A stretch of 63,968 nt of DNA, filler included, from assembly GCA_964501035.1 (NCBI GenBank). It is 5 parts of 5 records of this genome, joined end to end, with 100 filler letters (N's around TTAATTAATTAA, not from the genome) between each part and the next. Parts side by side here need not be neighbours in the genome. Positions count along the whole stretch, not along the records: positions 1 to 14,523 come from CAZCRK010000042.1; positions 14,624 to 27,693 come from CAZCRK010000044.1; 3 more parts are not named here. The stretch is one strand, 5' to 3'. Numbering within the stretch: position 1 is the first letter of the stretch; every line of letters begins with the position of its first letter. The notes under the pieces were generated by a model. That model was not told the origin of the DNA, made no database searches, and worked only from the letters and a program-made list of their open reading frames with translations. Both the position numbers and the translations under genes were made by a program. Below are positions 10,003 through 20,474 of this stretch, piece by piece.

Positions 10003-10868
10003 TGGCTGAATGGTTTAGACGTAAATCTGAAAAAATTAAAACGTTTGATAAACGTGAAATAGCGGAAGGAATGTGGTCGAAGTGCCCTCGATGTACCGAG
10101 GTAGTATATCGAAAAATACTCGAAGAAAACAATTTTGTTTGCAGTAGTTGTTCCCATCATTTTAGAATCTCAAGCAATGACTATGTGAAGTTACTGTTGG
10201 ATGAAACTATTGAAGAAGTTGCATCCAATATTGTGTCTAAGGACCCTCTTGAATTTGAGGGAACTAAAAAGTATTCTGATCAACTTAAGGAAGCTCAATC
10301 TAAAACTGGAAGCAAAGATGCTGTGAGCACATACATTGGTGTTATTGGCGGATTTAAAACTGCAATTGCAATAATGGATTTTAGATTCATAGGTGGTAGT
10401 ATGGGGTCGGTTGTAGGAGAAAAAATCAGTCAGGTTGTCGACAAAGCTAGAGAAGAAAAATTACCTTTATTTATTGTTACAGCTTCAGGTGGTGCACGAA
10501 TGCAAGAAGGTGCGTATAGTTTAATGCAAATGGCTAAAATTAGCAGCAAATTAGCACGATTTTCAAAAGAAGGTGGGTTGTATATTACATTGCTAACAGA
10601 CCCTACAACAGGCGGTACTACCGCAAGTTTTGCAATGTTAGGTGATATTATTTTAGCTGAGCCAAATGCATTAATTGGATTCGCAGGTGCACGTGTGATT
10701 AAACAAACTATTGGCGAAGATTTACCAGAGGGTTTTCAACGAGCAGAATTTTTGCTTGAAAAAGGGTTTGTGGATAGTATCGTCCATCGGAAAGAATTAA
10801 AACATACATTAGTAAAACTATTTGATTTTTTTGGTTATAAGACCAATAAAAATTTATCAGGAAATTAA
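10002..10868 (+). CDS. accD: acetyl-CoA carboxylase carboxyltransferase beta subunit
   Basis: CPRC/CSSC zinc finger, GGSMGSVVGEK, SGGARMQEG, DPTTGG, FQRAEFLLEKG. Confidence 0.97.
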   Translation: MAEWFRRKSEKIKTFDKREIAEGMWSKCPRCTEVVYRKILEENNFVCSSCSHHFRISSNDYVKLLLDETIEEVASNIVSKDPLEFEGTKKYSDQLKEAQSKTGSKDAVSTYIGVIGGFKTAIAIMDFRFIGGSMGSVVGEKISQVVDKAREEKLPLFIVTASGGARMQEGAYSLMQMAKISSKLARFSKEGGLYITLLTDPTTGGTTASFAMLGDIILAEPNALIGFAGARVIKQTIGEDLPEGFQRAEFLLEKGFVDSIVHRKELKHTLVKLFDFFGYKTNKNLSGN

Positions 10869-12413
10869 ATGAAACATGAACAAATAGTAGCTGTAATCGA
10901 TTTTGGCTCACAATACACTCAATTAATTGCAAGAAGAATACGTGAACAAAATGTGTTTTCTGAGATACTCCCACATAATATTTCTGTTGAAGAACTCAAA
11001 AAAAGAGATGTAAAAGCAATTGTTTTGTCCGGTGGACCGTCTAGTGTATATGAAAAAAATGCACCGACACTTGACACAGAAATTTTTAACATGGGAATTC
11101 CAATTTTGGGAATTTGCTACGGTTTGCAATTGATGATGCAACATTTTGGAGGAAATGTACATTCCAAAGGACGAGGTGAATATGGCTTTGCCAAAGTTCA
11201 TTCTGTGACTGAAAACAATCTGTTCCACACAATTTCAAGTGAAACACAAGTGTGGATGAGCCATGGAGATGAAGTAGAATCCTTGGGTAATGGCTGGTCT
11301 GTAATTGCCCGTTCTGCAAATGATGTAATTGCTTCGGTTCAACATGAAAATGGAATATTTTATGGGGTTCAGTTTCATCCTGAAGTTGTTCACACAGTTG
11401 AGGGTGATGTTCTGTTATCTAATTTCTTGTTTCACATTTCACATTTAACACCAAACTGGACACCTGCAAATTTTGTATCAGATACCATTTCAGATATTAG
11501 AAATAAAGTAGGTGGTAAGAAAGTTATTTGTGGATTAAGTGGTGGAGTGGATTCATCCGTTGTTGGCACCTTGTTGCACAAAGCAATTGGTGACCAATCG
11601 CAATGTGTATTTATTGACCATGGATTACTTCGTAAGAATGAAGCTGAACAAGTGATGGGTTCACTTAAAGATGGTTTAGGACTACATATTAAACAATTCA
11701 ATCAATGTGAACCATTTTTATCTCGATTAAAAGGTATTGTAGATCCTGAGCAAAAACGAAAAATTATTGGTGGACAATTTATCCGTTCATTTGAAAAAGC
11801 TACACAAAGTATTGGAGATGTTCAGTTTTTAGCACAAGGTACATTGTACCCAGATGTAATTGAGTCGGGTGGAAGTGCACTGGGACCTGCAGTTACCATT
11901 AAATCTCATCATAATGTTGGTGGACTTCCTGATGAAATGGATTTTGAATTAATTGAACCTATTCGAGATTTGTTTAAGGATGAAGTTCGTAGAGTTGGTC
12001 GAGAATTAGGGATTCCAGAATTTGTGTTAGGACGACACCCATTTCCAGGACCGGGTTTAGCTGTGCGAATTTTGGGTGAGATAACAAATGAGCGTATTGA
12101 AATTCTGCAAAATGCAGACCATATTTTTATTGATATTTTAAAAGAATCGGGTGAATATAATAATATTTGGCAGGCATTTGCTGTATTAGTTCCAACTAAA
12201 ACCGTTGGTGTTATGGGTGACTCTAGAACTTACGAAAATTTAATTGCTCTACGTGCAGTAACAAGTGTGGATGGCATGACAGCAGATTGGTATAATATGC
12301 CCTATGATGTACTCAATGAATGTTCGAGTAGAATCGTAAATGAGGTAAAAGGTGTTAATCGGGTAGTGTATGATATCACTGCAAAACCTCCTGGTACTAT
12401 TGAATGGGAATAG
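10869..12413 (+). CDS. guaA: GMP synthase (glutamine-hydrolysing)
   Basis: DFGSQYTQLIARR, GICYG, QFHPEV, SGGVDS, IKSHHNVGGLP, KPPGTIEWE. Confidence 0.98.
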   Translation: MKHEQIVAVIDFGSQYTQLIARRIREQNVFSEILPHNISVEELKKRDVKAIVLSGGPSSVYEKNAPTLDTEIFNMGIPILGICYGLQLMMQHFGGNVHSKGRGEYGFAKVHSVTENNLFHTISSETQVWMSHGDEVESLGNGWSVIARSANDVIASVQHENGIFYGVQFHPEVVHTVEGDVLLSNFLFHISHLTPNWTPANFVSDTISDIRNKVGGKKVICGLSGGVDSSVVGTLLHKAIGDQSQCVFIDHGLLRKNEAEQVMGSLKDGLGLHIKQFNQCEPFLSRLKGIVDPEQKRKIIGGQFIRSFEKATQSIGDVQFLAQGTLYPDVIESGGSALGPAVTIKSHHNVGGLPDEMDFELIEPIRDLFKDEVRRVGRELGIPEFVLGRHPFPGPGLAVRILGEITNERIEILQNADHIFIDILKESGEYNNIWQAFAVLVPTKTVGVMGDSRTYENLIALRAVTSVDGMTADWYNMPYDVLNECSSRIVNEVKGVNRVVYDITAKPPGTIEWE

Positions 12414-12416
12414 AGT

Positions 12417-12455
12417 TTTTTAATTATCAATTATAAATTGTTAATGTTTAATTAA
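12417..12455 (+). repeat. left arm: 7-mer tandem array (AATTATC AATTATA AATTGTT AATGTTT AATTAA)
   Basis: 7-nt periodicity; 31/39 match to the reverse complement of 12715-12753 (hand alignment). Confidence 0.7.
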
Positions 12456-12750
12456 AAAAAATATTGTAAAAGATAAAAGTTTTAGTTTCGCTATAAGAAT
12501 TGTAAAATAGTATAAGTTTTTGACCATAGATAAGAGTGAATTTATAATGAGTAAACAACTTTTAAAATCTGGAACCTCTATTGGTGCGAATATAAGAGAA
12601 TCTGAATTTGCAGAAAGTAAAGCAGACTTCATTCATAAATTAGCTATTGCTCAAAAAGAGACAAATGAAACAATATATTGGTTAGAATTCTTACTACCAA
12701 AAATGGAAAGGACGTTAATTAATAATTTATCATTAATAATTAACAATTAA
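12451..12750 (+). pseudogene. four-helix-bundle protein (23S rRNA IVP / TIGR02436-like) pseudogene
   Basis: Frame reads IKKNIVKDKSFSFAIRIVK*YKFL...SKQLLKSGTSIGANIRE...SKADFIHKLAIAQKETNETIYWLE. ATT stands at the expected start, there is an in-frame TAG at 12508-12510, and the final helix is missing. Confidence 0.85.
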
Positions 12751-12753
12751 AAA
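12715..12753 (-). repeat. right arm: inverted 7-mer tandem array
   Basis: TTAATT AATAATT TATCATT AATAATT AACAATT AAAAA; its reverse complement resembles the left arm; ends 1 nt before the glmS ATG. Confidence 0.7.
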
Positions 12754-12754
12754 T

Positions 12755-14523
12755 ATGTGTGGAATTGTTGGATATATCGGTGAAAGAACAGCAACAGATG
12801 TCATTTTATCTGGGCTTAAAAGATTAGAGTATCGTGGATATGATTCTGCTGGTGTTTCCACAATTTCAAGTGGCAAAATGCACATTACTAAGTGCAAAGG
12901 AAAAGTATCAAATTTAGAAACTCAGCTTCAAGAAACTCCTCATGATGGCAATGTTGGAATTGGGCATACACGATGGGCGACCCATGGCCCACCAAATGAT
13001 ACAAATGCACATCCTCATTCAGATTCTTCGGGTAAAATTTCACTCATCCATAACGGAATTATTGAAAATTATGCGTCCTTAAAAACTTATTTGGAAAATG
13101 AAGGTGTTGAGTTTAAAAGTGATACAGATAGTGAAGTGTTGGTTCAACTCATTGGACACATTTATTATAATGATGGACTATCATTTTTTGAAGCAGTACG
13201 TGTTGCACTTCAACAAGTAGTGGGAGCATATGGAATTGTGGTTTTATGTGATGATGAACCCGATACAGTTTTTACTGCTAGACTCGGAAGTCCTTTAGTC
13301 TTAGGTGTCGGTGAGGGAGAATATTTTATTGCTTCCGATTCATCACCCATTATTGAATACACACGAAACATTATTTTTATGGATGAGGGTGAAATTGCGC
13401 GTATCACCAAAGACTCCCATGAGTTTAGAAAAATTACAGAAAATGAAATAGTTTCGAAAGATATTGAAAAAATTGAATACTCACTTGAACAGATTGAAAA
13501 AGGTGGGTATGAACATTTCATGTTAAAAGAAATTTTTGAGCAATCAACCTCAGTGAAAGAATCGATGAGGGGACGTGTTGACAATGAAAGTGGACGTGTA
13601 AAGTTGGGTGGTTTAAGTGGTTGGACTCAGCAAATATTGGATGCAGACCATATCATGATTACCGCATGTGGAACATCGTGGCATGCAAGTTTAATTGGTA
13701 GTTTTTTACTGGAAGAATTACTCAATGTCCCCGTAAAAGTAGAATATGCATCTGAACTGAGATACCGGCGTACTGCAATTGATTCAAAAACTGTTGTCAT
13801 TGCAATAAGTCAATCTGGAGAAACTGCCGATACCCTTGCAGCGGTTCGAAAAGCGAAAGATTTAGGTGCATTAACAGTGGGTGTGGTAAATGTGGTAGGT
13901 AGCAGTATTGCACGTGAAACTGATTGTGGTGTGTATATTCATGCCGGTCCAGAAATTGGAGTAGCATCAACCAAAGCGTTTACATCCCAAGTTACCGTAT
14001 TAACGCTAATATCAATTTTATTGACTCAGAAATCAGGATTGCATGCGCCCAAAGTACAACAAATTATTGACCATTTAGCAGAATTACCTGCCTGTATTGA
14101 TACAATGTTAAGCCACAATGATCACATCCAACAGATTGCAAAAGAGTTTGTGGATGCCGAAAATTTCTTATATTTGGGAAGAGGATATCAATTCCCCGTG
14201 GCTTTGGAGGGTGCTTTAAAACTCAAAGAAATTTCCTATATTCATGCGGAAGGATACCCTGCTGCAGAAATGAAACATGGCCCAATTGCATTGATTGATG
14301 AAAAAATGCCGGTTGTGTTTATAGTAACTGAAAAAGGGTTTGATAAAATTGTATCCAATATTCAAGAAGTGAAAGCACGGGGTGGACGCATCATCATTGT
14401 AACGACTATGGATGACCCATCTTTGGAAGCATTATCACAACATATCATTAAAATACCCGAAACACATAATTGCCTAACCCCAATTGTAACCACAATACCA
14501 TTGCAATTATTAGCCTATTATAT
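12755..14523 (+). CDS. glmS: glutamine-fructose-6-phosphate aminotransferase, 3'-truncated by the contig end
   Basis: MCGIVG, LEYRGYDSAG, GHTRWATHG, SQSGETADT, ALKLKEISYIHAEG. Confidence 0.98.
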
Positions 14524-14623
14524 NNNNNNNNNNNNNNNNNNNNNNNNNNNNNNNNNNNNNNNNNNNNTTAATTAATTAANNNNNNNNNNNNNNNNNNNNN
14601 NNNNNNNNNNNNNNNNNNNNNNN
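14524..14623. other. artificial contig linker (44N-TTAATTAATTAA-44N)
   Basis: 100-nt spacer with stops in all six frames; genes are cut on both sides. Confidence 0.98.
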
Positions 14624-14624
14624 T

Positions 14625-17600
14625 CACGCTATGAAAGGGTTCGACTTACGTTATCAAAATGGATTTGACTGTCAAGGACTTTGGGTTGAAGTTGAAGTTG
14701 AAAAAGAATTAGGGTTTAAAGATAAACGTGAAGTTCTCGATTATGGAATTGAGAATTTTGTTAATAAATGTAAAGAACGTGTCCGTAAATATTCTAAAAT
14801 TCAAACCGAACAATCCAAACGATTGGGATATTGGATGGATTGGGATAACTCATATTTTACTATGTCCGATGAAAATAATTATACTATTTGGGCATTTCTT
14901 AAAAAGTTATTCAACGACGGTAAAATTTACAAAGGAACGGATGTTGTCCCCTGGTCTGGTCGTTCTGGAACATCATACTCACAAATGGAAATCATTGAAG
15001 GTCGAAAGCTTGTTGCTCACAAAGCAATATTTGTTCGGTTCCCCCTCAAAGGTCGAGATAACGAGTTTTTATTGGTTTGGACAACAACACCGTGGACATT
15101 AACATCAAATGTATCAGCTGCAGTAAATGTAAATTTAGAATACACCAAGTTAAGAGCGTCTGATGGCTCATTATATTATTTTGCAAAAGATAATTTAGAA
15201 TTCAAAAGATTAGATAAACAGTTTAAAGAGAAAAAACAGTGGATTGATGGTGTTCCAAAACTAAAAACCCTCGCACAAATATTTAAAGAAAGGGGTGGGT
15301 ATTCCATCGAAGGTACCATTAAAGGTGCTGAAATGGTTGGATGGGAATATGAAGGTCCATTTGATGACTTTGATGCGCAAAAAAAGGCAGGTGGATATCC
15401 CTTTATAAATTCCGATTTAGAAAATAAAAATATATCGGCAGTTTCATGTCATAAAGTAATTGATGGTGGTAAAGATGGAATTGGTAATGACAATGTTGTT
15501 TCCGGTGAAGGAACTGGCATTGTTCATATTGCACCTGGTTGTGGTGATATAGATAATAGAATTGGAAAAAAAATTGGGTTAGTTGAAGTTGCCCCCTTAA
15601 ATGACGAATCCAAATATATTGATGGTTTTGGTTGGCTAACTGGTAAATCTGCTACAGACCACGATACTACCGATGCAATTCTTGAAGATTTAAAAACTCG
15701 TGGATTTTTAGTCTATACTGAAAAATACCCTCATATTTACCCCCATTGTTGGAGATCAGGAGATGAACTGGTTTTCCGTATTGTGGATGAATGGTATATC
15801 AATATGGACTGGCGAGATAGAATTAAAAATATCGTTGGAGATATTAATTGGATTCCTGAATGGGGTCACGACCGTGAAATGGAATGGTTGGAAAACATGG
15901 GTGATTGGATGATCTCCAAAAAACGGTTTTGGGGACTCGCATTACCTATTTGGACATTCGAAGATGGTTCTTTTTATGTTGTTGGCTCAAAAGAGGAGTT
16001 AAAAGAATTAGCAGTTGAGGGCTGGGAAGAGTTTGAAGGCAATAGCCCACACAGACCTTGGATTGATAAAGTAAAAATTAAACACCCAGAAACTGAACTT
16101 ATTGGTTCAAGAATTCCTGATGTTGGAAATCCTTGGTTAGATGCAGGTATTGTACCGTTTTCAACTTTAAATTATAATGATAACAAAGAGTATTGGGAAA
16201 AGTGGTTTCCAGCAGATTTTGTAGTTGAGTGTTTCCCTGGTCAATTTAGAAACTGGTTTTATTCACTTTTAGCTTTATCAACAGTAATGGAAGACAAAGC
16301 CCCCTTTAAAACGCTTTTGGGACATGCCCTAGTTAAAGATGAAATAGGTCGTGAAATGCATAAATCTTGGGGCAATGCCATATGGTTTGATGATGCTGCA
16401 GAAAAAATGGGTGTGGATGTTATGCGCTGGATGTATGCGAGTCAAAATCCAGAACATAATTTATTATTTGGATATTCAAATGCCGATGAAGTTCGAAAAC
16501 AACTTATTACCCTTTGGAATACATATTCATTTTTTGCAACCTATGCAGTGTTAGATAATTTTAATCCTAAAACTGACACCGCTAATGTGGAAGATTTAAC
16601 CAAACTTGATAGATGGATTTTAGCTAAAGTAAATGAATTTGTTAAATCAGCTGAAACTCATTATGAAGAATATCAAGTGTTTAAAATCATGAAAGAATCA
16701 ACTGAAATATTAGATGATATTTCGAATTGGTATGTTAGGAGAAATCGAAGACGATTTTGGAAGTCTGAAAGTGATTCAGATAAGACAGCAGCGTATAGTA
16801 CATTGTATCAGGTATTGGTTACTTTTATCAAAACACTATCACCGGTGATTCCCTTTGTAACAGATAAAATGTATATAAATTTAGTTAAAAATACAAACTC
16901 AAATGCTCCAGATAGTATTCATCTGACTGAATTTCCAAAATATGATTCAAAGTTAGCAGATGCAAAATTAATTCATGAAATTGATACCATCAAAAATATT
17001 GTGAACTTAGGTCGGTCTGCACGAAATAAAGCCAATATTAAAATCCGGCAACCTCTTGAAAATATTGTTATATATAGCACCGAAGATGTATGCCAAGTGG
17101 CAAAGTCAAATCAAAGTGAAATTTTGGAAGAGTTAAATATAAAATCACTTTCTATTGCAACTGATGAAGCAGAGATTGTATCCTATTCCGTTAAACCCAA
17201 TTTTAGTATTTTGGGTCAAAAATTTGGAAAAGATATGAAATTAGTAGCTTCTTTGATTAATAAATTGCCAGTAAATGAACTGATAAAATTGGTAAAAAGT
17301 AAAAAAACAGTTACCTTAAATCAGGATGATTTCAAAGCAGAAATATTGCCTAATGAATTTATTGTTGAAGAAATTCCAGTAGAAGGGTACTCAATTTCAT
17401 CCCATACAAATACAATTGTTGGAATTAATATGATTCTAACTCCTGTTTTAGTTTATGAGGGTATGGTGAGAGATTTGATACGACAAATTCAAAATTTACG
17501 TAAAGATTCTGGTTTAGAAGTTGAAGATAGGATTGATATTTTTATAGAAAGTAATGAAGAATTTAATAGTGCAGTTTTAGAGTTTAAAGATTATTTTATG

Positions 17601-17714
17601 AATGAAGTTTTAGGGGTAAATTTATCATTTAAGAATGAAAACTATAAATTTAATCACCAAGTTAAAATTAATGGGCACCAAGTTTTGTTCGGTGTTTCAA
17701 AAAACAGTCAATAG
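14625..17714 (+). CDS. ileS: isoleucine-tRNA ligase (type 2-like), 5'-partial
   Basis: GFDCQGLWVE, WTTTPWT, GTGIVHIAPG, HCWR, DWMISKKRFWG, EMHKSWGN, NWYVRRNRRRFW and a long type-2 C-terminus; HIGH region lost at the contig end. Confidence 0.95.
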   Translation, partial: HAMKGFDLRYQNGFDCQGLWVEVEVEKELGFKDKREVLDYGIENFVNKCKERVRKYSKIQTEQSKRLGYWMDWDNSYFTMSDENNYTIWAFLKKLFNDGKIYKGTDVVPWSGRSGTSYSQMEIIEGRKLVAHKAIFVRFPLKGRDNEFLLVWTTTPWTLTSNVSAAVNVNLEYTKLRASDGSLYYFAKDNLEFKRLDKQFKEKKQWIDGVPKLKTLAQIFKERGGYSIEGTIKGAEMVGWEYEGPFDDFDAQKKAGGYPFINSDLENKNISAVSCHKVIDGGKDGIGNDNVVSGEGTGIVHIAPGCGDIDNRIGKKIGLVEVAPLNDESKYIDGFGWLTGKSATDHDTTDAILEDLKTRGFLVYTEKYPHIYPHCWRSGDELVFRIVDEWYINMDWRDRIKNIVGDINWIPEWGHDREMEWLENMGDWMISKKRFWGLALPIWTFEDGSFYVVGSKEELKELAVEGWEEFEGNSPHRPWIDKVKIKHPETELIGSRIPDVGNPWLDAGIVPFSTLNYNDNKEYWEKWFPADFVVECFPGQFRNWFYSLLALSTVMEDKAPFKTLLGHALVKDEIGREMHKSWGNAIWFDDAAEKMGVDVMRWMYASQNPEHNLLFGYSNADEVRKQLITLWNTYSFFATYAVLDNFNPKTDTANVEDLTKLDRWILAKVNEFVKSAETHYEEYQVFKIMKESTEILDDISNWYVRRNRRRFWKSESDSDKTAAYSTLYQVLVTFIKTLSPVIPFVTDKMYINLVKNTNSNAPDSIHLTEFPKYDSKLADAKLIHEIDTIKNIVNLGRSARNKANIKIRQPLENIVIYSTEDVCQVAKSNQSEILEELNIKSLSIATDEAEIVSYSVKPNFSILGQKFGKDMKLVASLINKLPVNELIKLVKSKKTVTLNQDDFKAEILPNEFIVEEIPVEGYSISSHTNTIVGINMILTPVLVYEGMVRDLIRQIQNLRKDSGLEVEDRIDIFIESNEEFNSAVLEFKDYFMNEVLGVNLSFKNENYKFNHQVKINGHQVLFGVSKNSQ

Positions 17715-17723
17715 GAGGTAGAA

Positions 17724-18101
17724 ATGGCTAACAAAAAAAAATGGACCAAAAAGGAGTTACAAGACTTTCAAAAAGTCATAATTGGAAAGCGTGAAAAGGC
17801 AATAAGTGATTTAGATATTGCTAAAGAACGTGCTGAAGATATGAAAAGTAATAATACTCAGAATGCAATTTATTCTTCGCATATGGCTGATGCTGGATCA
17901 GATCATTCAGAAATGGAAAAAAGTTACTACATGATTGCTAGAGAAAATAAATTTGTGGAGTATTTAAATAGAGCACTGGATATGATTGAAGAAGGCACAT
18001 TTGGAGTTTGCAAAGCATGTGGTGAACTCATTGCAAAAGAGCGATTACTTGAAGTTCCGCACACAACCAGCTGTTTTTCTTGTAAAACAAAGGTAAGATA
18101 A
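17724..18101 (+). CDS. TraR/DksA-family C4 zinc-finger protein
   Basis: HMADAGSD coiled-coil tip, CKAC...ERL..VP....CFSC; SD AGGAGG; ileS-dksA-lspA context. Confidence 0.9.
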   Translation: MANKKKWTKKELQDFQKVIIGKREKAISDLDIAKERAEDMKSNNTQNAIYSSHMADAGSDHSEMEKSYYMIARENKFVEYLNRALDMIEEGTFGVCKACGELIAKERLLEVPHTTSCFSCKTKVR

Positions 18102-18596
18102 TTGCAAATATTTATACCAACTATTTTGGTTGTTCTTTTAGACCAGTTTAGTAAAGTTTATATTAAACAATATTGGGATGTAAATAATTTGTTACCCTTT
18201 GATCACATAAATATTATTGGTGATTATTTACGATTCGTTTTTGTTGAAAACCCTGGTATTGCTTTTGGTATCAGAGTAGGTTCTTTTAATATATTAATAG
18301 CTTTGTTTAGCTTTTTAGCAGCAGTATTTATAGGTAGATACCTTTATATTGCTGGGAAAAAATTCAATTTGAACACGATTGGATTTTCACTAATATTGGG
18401 TGGAGCTATTGGAAATTTGATTGATCGAGTTTTATGTTTTGTTCCAAACTCTGGTTACAATGGTGTCGTTGACTTTATTGATATTGGTATAGGAACTCAC
18501 AGGTGGTATATCTTTAATGTTGCAGATTCAGCTGTTTCTATTGGAATTGCTCTTTATTTTGCTCACTCATACTTTTACTCAAAAACAGTAAATTAA
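18102..18596 (+). CDS. lspA: lipoprotein signal peptidase II
   Basis: DQFSK, NPGIAFG, GGAIGNLIDR, VVDFI, FNVADS. Confidence 0.96.
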   Translation: MQIFIPTILVVLLDQFSKVYIKQYWDVNNLLPFDHINIIGDYLRFVFVENPGIAFGIRVGSFNILIALFSFLAAVFIGRYLYIAGKKFNLNTIGFSLILGGAIGNLIDRVLCFVPNSGYNGVVDFIDIGIGTHRWYIFNVADSAVSIGIALYFAHSYFYSKTVN

Positions 18597-18602
18597 CAAA
18601 TT

Positions 18603-19565
18603 ATGATTCATCAATTTGACCTACAAGTTGATATCGAAAACATACGTTTAGATGTATTTATTGCTAAAAAACTACCTCAATATTCACGCTCAAAAATTAA
18701 AAGTTTCATCTCTCGTGGTTTCGTCACTGTAAATGGACATATTTCAAAAGCATCACAAACATTAAAAGGTAATGAACATATTCATTGCGAATTTGTAAAT
18801 GAAGAAATTATTGAAGTGAAAGCCGAACCCATTGATTTAGATGTTGTTTATGAGGATGAACACTTAATTGTCATAAATAAACCATCTGGATTAGTAGTGC
18901 ATCCAGCAAGCGGTAATTGGACAGGAACATTAGTAAATGGATTGATGTATCACTTTAATAAATTATCAACAGGAAGTGATTCTATTAGACCAGGAATTGT
19001 GCATAGATTAGATAAAGAAACAACGGGTGTTATTTTAGTGGCCAAAACGGATGAAGTCCACATGAATCTTTCCGAACAATTTGAAAATAGAACTGTTCAA
19101 AAACAATATAAAGCAATTGTATGGGGTAGAACAGACGATGAGGGTGAAATTGAAGGATTAATAGGAAGGCATTCCAAAAACAGGCAAGCATTTGATATGG
19201 TTAATTCAAATGGAAAATACTCTTTTACTCATTACAAAACCGATAATTATAAAGCTCCACTTTCTGTAGTTAATTTATTTCCCAAAACAGGAAGAACCCA
19301 TCAACTAAGAGTTCATTTAAAGTCTATTGGGCATCCAATTTTTGCAGATGAATTATACTCTGGTGGAAAAAAAAGAATTAAATCCTATCATACCCAATAC
19401 ACCATGCTTTTAAATAGATTATTTAAAAACATGAATCGTGTTGCATTGCACGCTGAAAAGATTGAAATTAAACATCCTGCAAATGGAGAAAAAGTGGTGT
19501 TTGAAGCACCAATACCAGATGATATGATAAGAATTCAAAGTATTTTGGATAGTCAACATGAATAA
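18603..19565 (+). CDS. rluD: RluA/RluD-family 23S rRNA pseudouridine synthase
   Basis: N-terminal S4 domain, NKPSGLVVHP, HRLDKETTG, TGRTHQLRVH. Confidence 0.9.
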   Translation: MIHQFDLQVDIENIRLDVFIAKKLPQYSRSKIKSFISRGFVTVNGHISKASQTLKGNEHIHCEFVNEEIIEVKAEPIDLDVVYEDEHLIVINKPSGLVVHPASGNWTGTLVNGLMYHFNKLSTGSDSIRPGIVHRLDKETTGVILVAKTDEVHMNLSEQFENRTVQKQYKAIVWGRTDDEGEIEGLIGRHSKNRQAFDMVNSNGKYSFTHYKTDNYKAPLSVVNLFPKTGRTHQLRVHLKSIGHPIFADELYSGGKKRIKSYHTQYTMLLNRLFKNMNRVALHAEKIEIKHPANGEKVVFEAPIPDDMIRIQSILDSQHE

Positions 19566-20466
19566 TCAAATGATTGTGGATGAATTTCTCGATTATTTGA
19601 CCAATGAAAGAAAATTTTCAAAACATACCCTACGTGCATACACTACAGATTTGAATTCTTTTCTTGAATTTATTAGTAACACTAAACCAAATATATCGAT
19701 TTTGGAACTTGAAAAATCAGATATCCAATTATTTTTACGTTCTTTATCGTCAGGGAGAAAAAAATCTGTACGAACTGTGTCTAGAAAATTAGCGACAATT
19801 AAATCTTTGTTTAAATATTTGACAGAAAATAATGTTGTAAGTATTAACATAACTCAATCAATAAAATCACCCAAACTCCCAAAACGACTGCCCAATTATT
19901 TACAGGTCTCTGAAATTACAGATTTACTAAATATACCCGTAGGTGAAACATATCAATCATATCGTGATTTATTAATTTTAGAATTATTTTATTCAACTGG
20001 AATGCGTATTTCAGAACTTGTTAAAATTAAATTGAATAATGTTAAAATTGAGAGCAGGTGCATTCATGTCACTGGAAAAGGGAACAAAGATAGACTTGTG
20101 ATTATTGGAGAATCAGCAACAAGGATTTTGCGAATGTATTTAGAAAAAATGCATAATAATTCAAAAATGGAAAATTCAATATTTTTGTTTCCAGCACAAG
20201 TCAAAAGCAAGAAACCACATATAAATGAAAATACAGTGTATAACATTGTAAAAAAATATATAAAACAAGTTTCTAAAAATGAAAAACTAAGTCCACATTC
20301 TCTACGGCATACATTTGCTACTCATTTGTTGGAAAATGGTGCTGATTTAATGGCTGTGAAAGATTTATTGGGGCATAGTAGTTTATCATCAACTCAAATT
20401 TATACTCATGTAAAAATTGATAAAATGAAGGAAGTATATAAACAAGCCCATCCCCATGCAAAATAA
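19558..20466 (+). CDS. xerC: tyrosine recombinase XerC-like
   Basis: [57 protein letters not shown]. Confidence 0.88.
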   Translation: MNNQMIVDEFLDYLTNERKFSKHTLRAYTTDLNSFLEFISNTKPNISILELEKSDIQLFLRSLSSGRKKSVRTVSRKLATIKSLFKYLTENNVVSINITQSIKSPKLPKRLPNYLQVSEITDLLNIPVGETYQSYRDLLILELFYSTGMRISELVKIKLNNVKIESRCIHVTGKGNKDRLVIIGESATRILRMYLEKMHNNSKMENSIFLFPAQVKSKKPHINENTVYNIVKKYIKQVSKNEKLSPHSLRHTFATHLLENGADLMAVKDLLGHSSLSSTQIYTHVKIDKMKEVYKQAHPHAK

Positions 20467-20474
20467 GGAATAAG

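Noticed and set aside
12520..12750. Diversity-generating retroelement suggested by the Avd-like fold
   Set aside because: No reverse transcriptase and no template/variable repeat pair were seen.
12414..12754. glmS ribozyme upstream of glmS
   Set aside because: The spacer is fully explained by the four-helix-bundle remnant and AT-rich arrays; no ribozyme core is recognisable.
14568..14579. TTAATTAATTAA palindrome recurring four times
   Set aside because: It sits in the centre of N runs; it is a synthetic six-frame stop linker, not a biological repeat.
19558..20466. Phage or island integrase
   Set aside because: XerC-like size and motifs, embedded among housekeeping genes, with no att sites or cargo.
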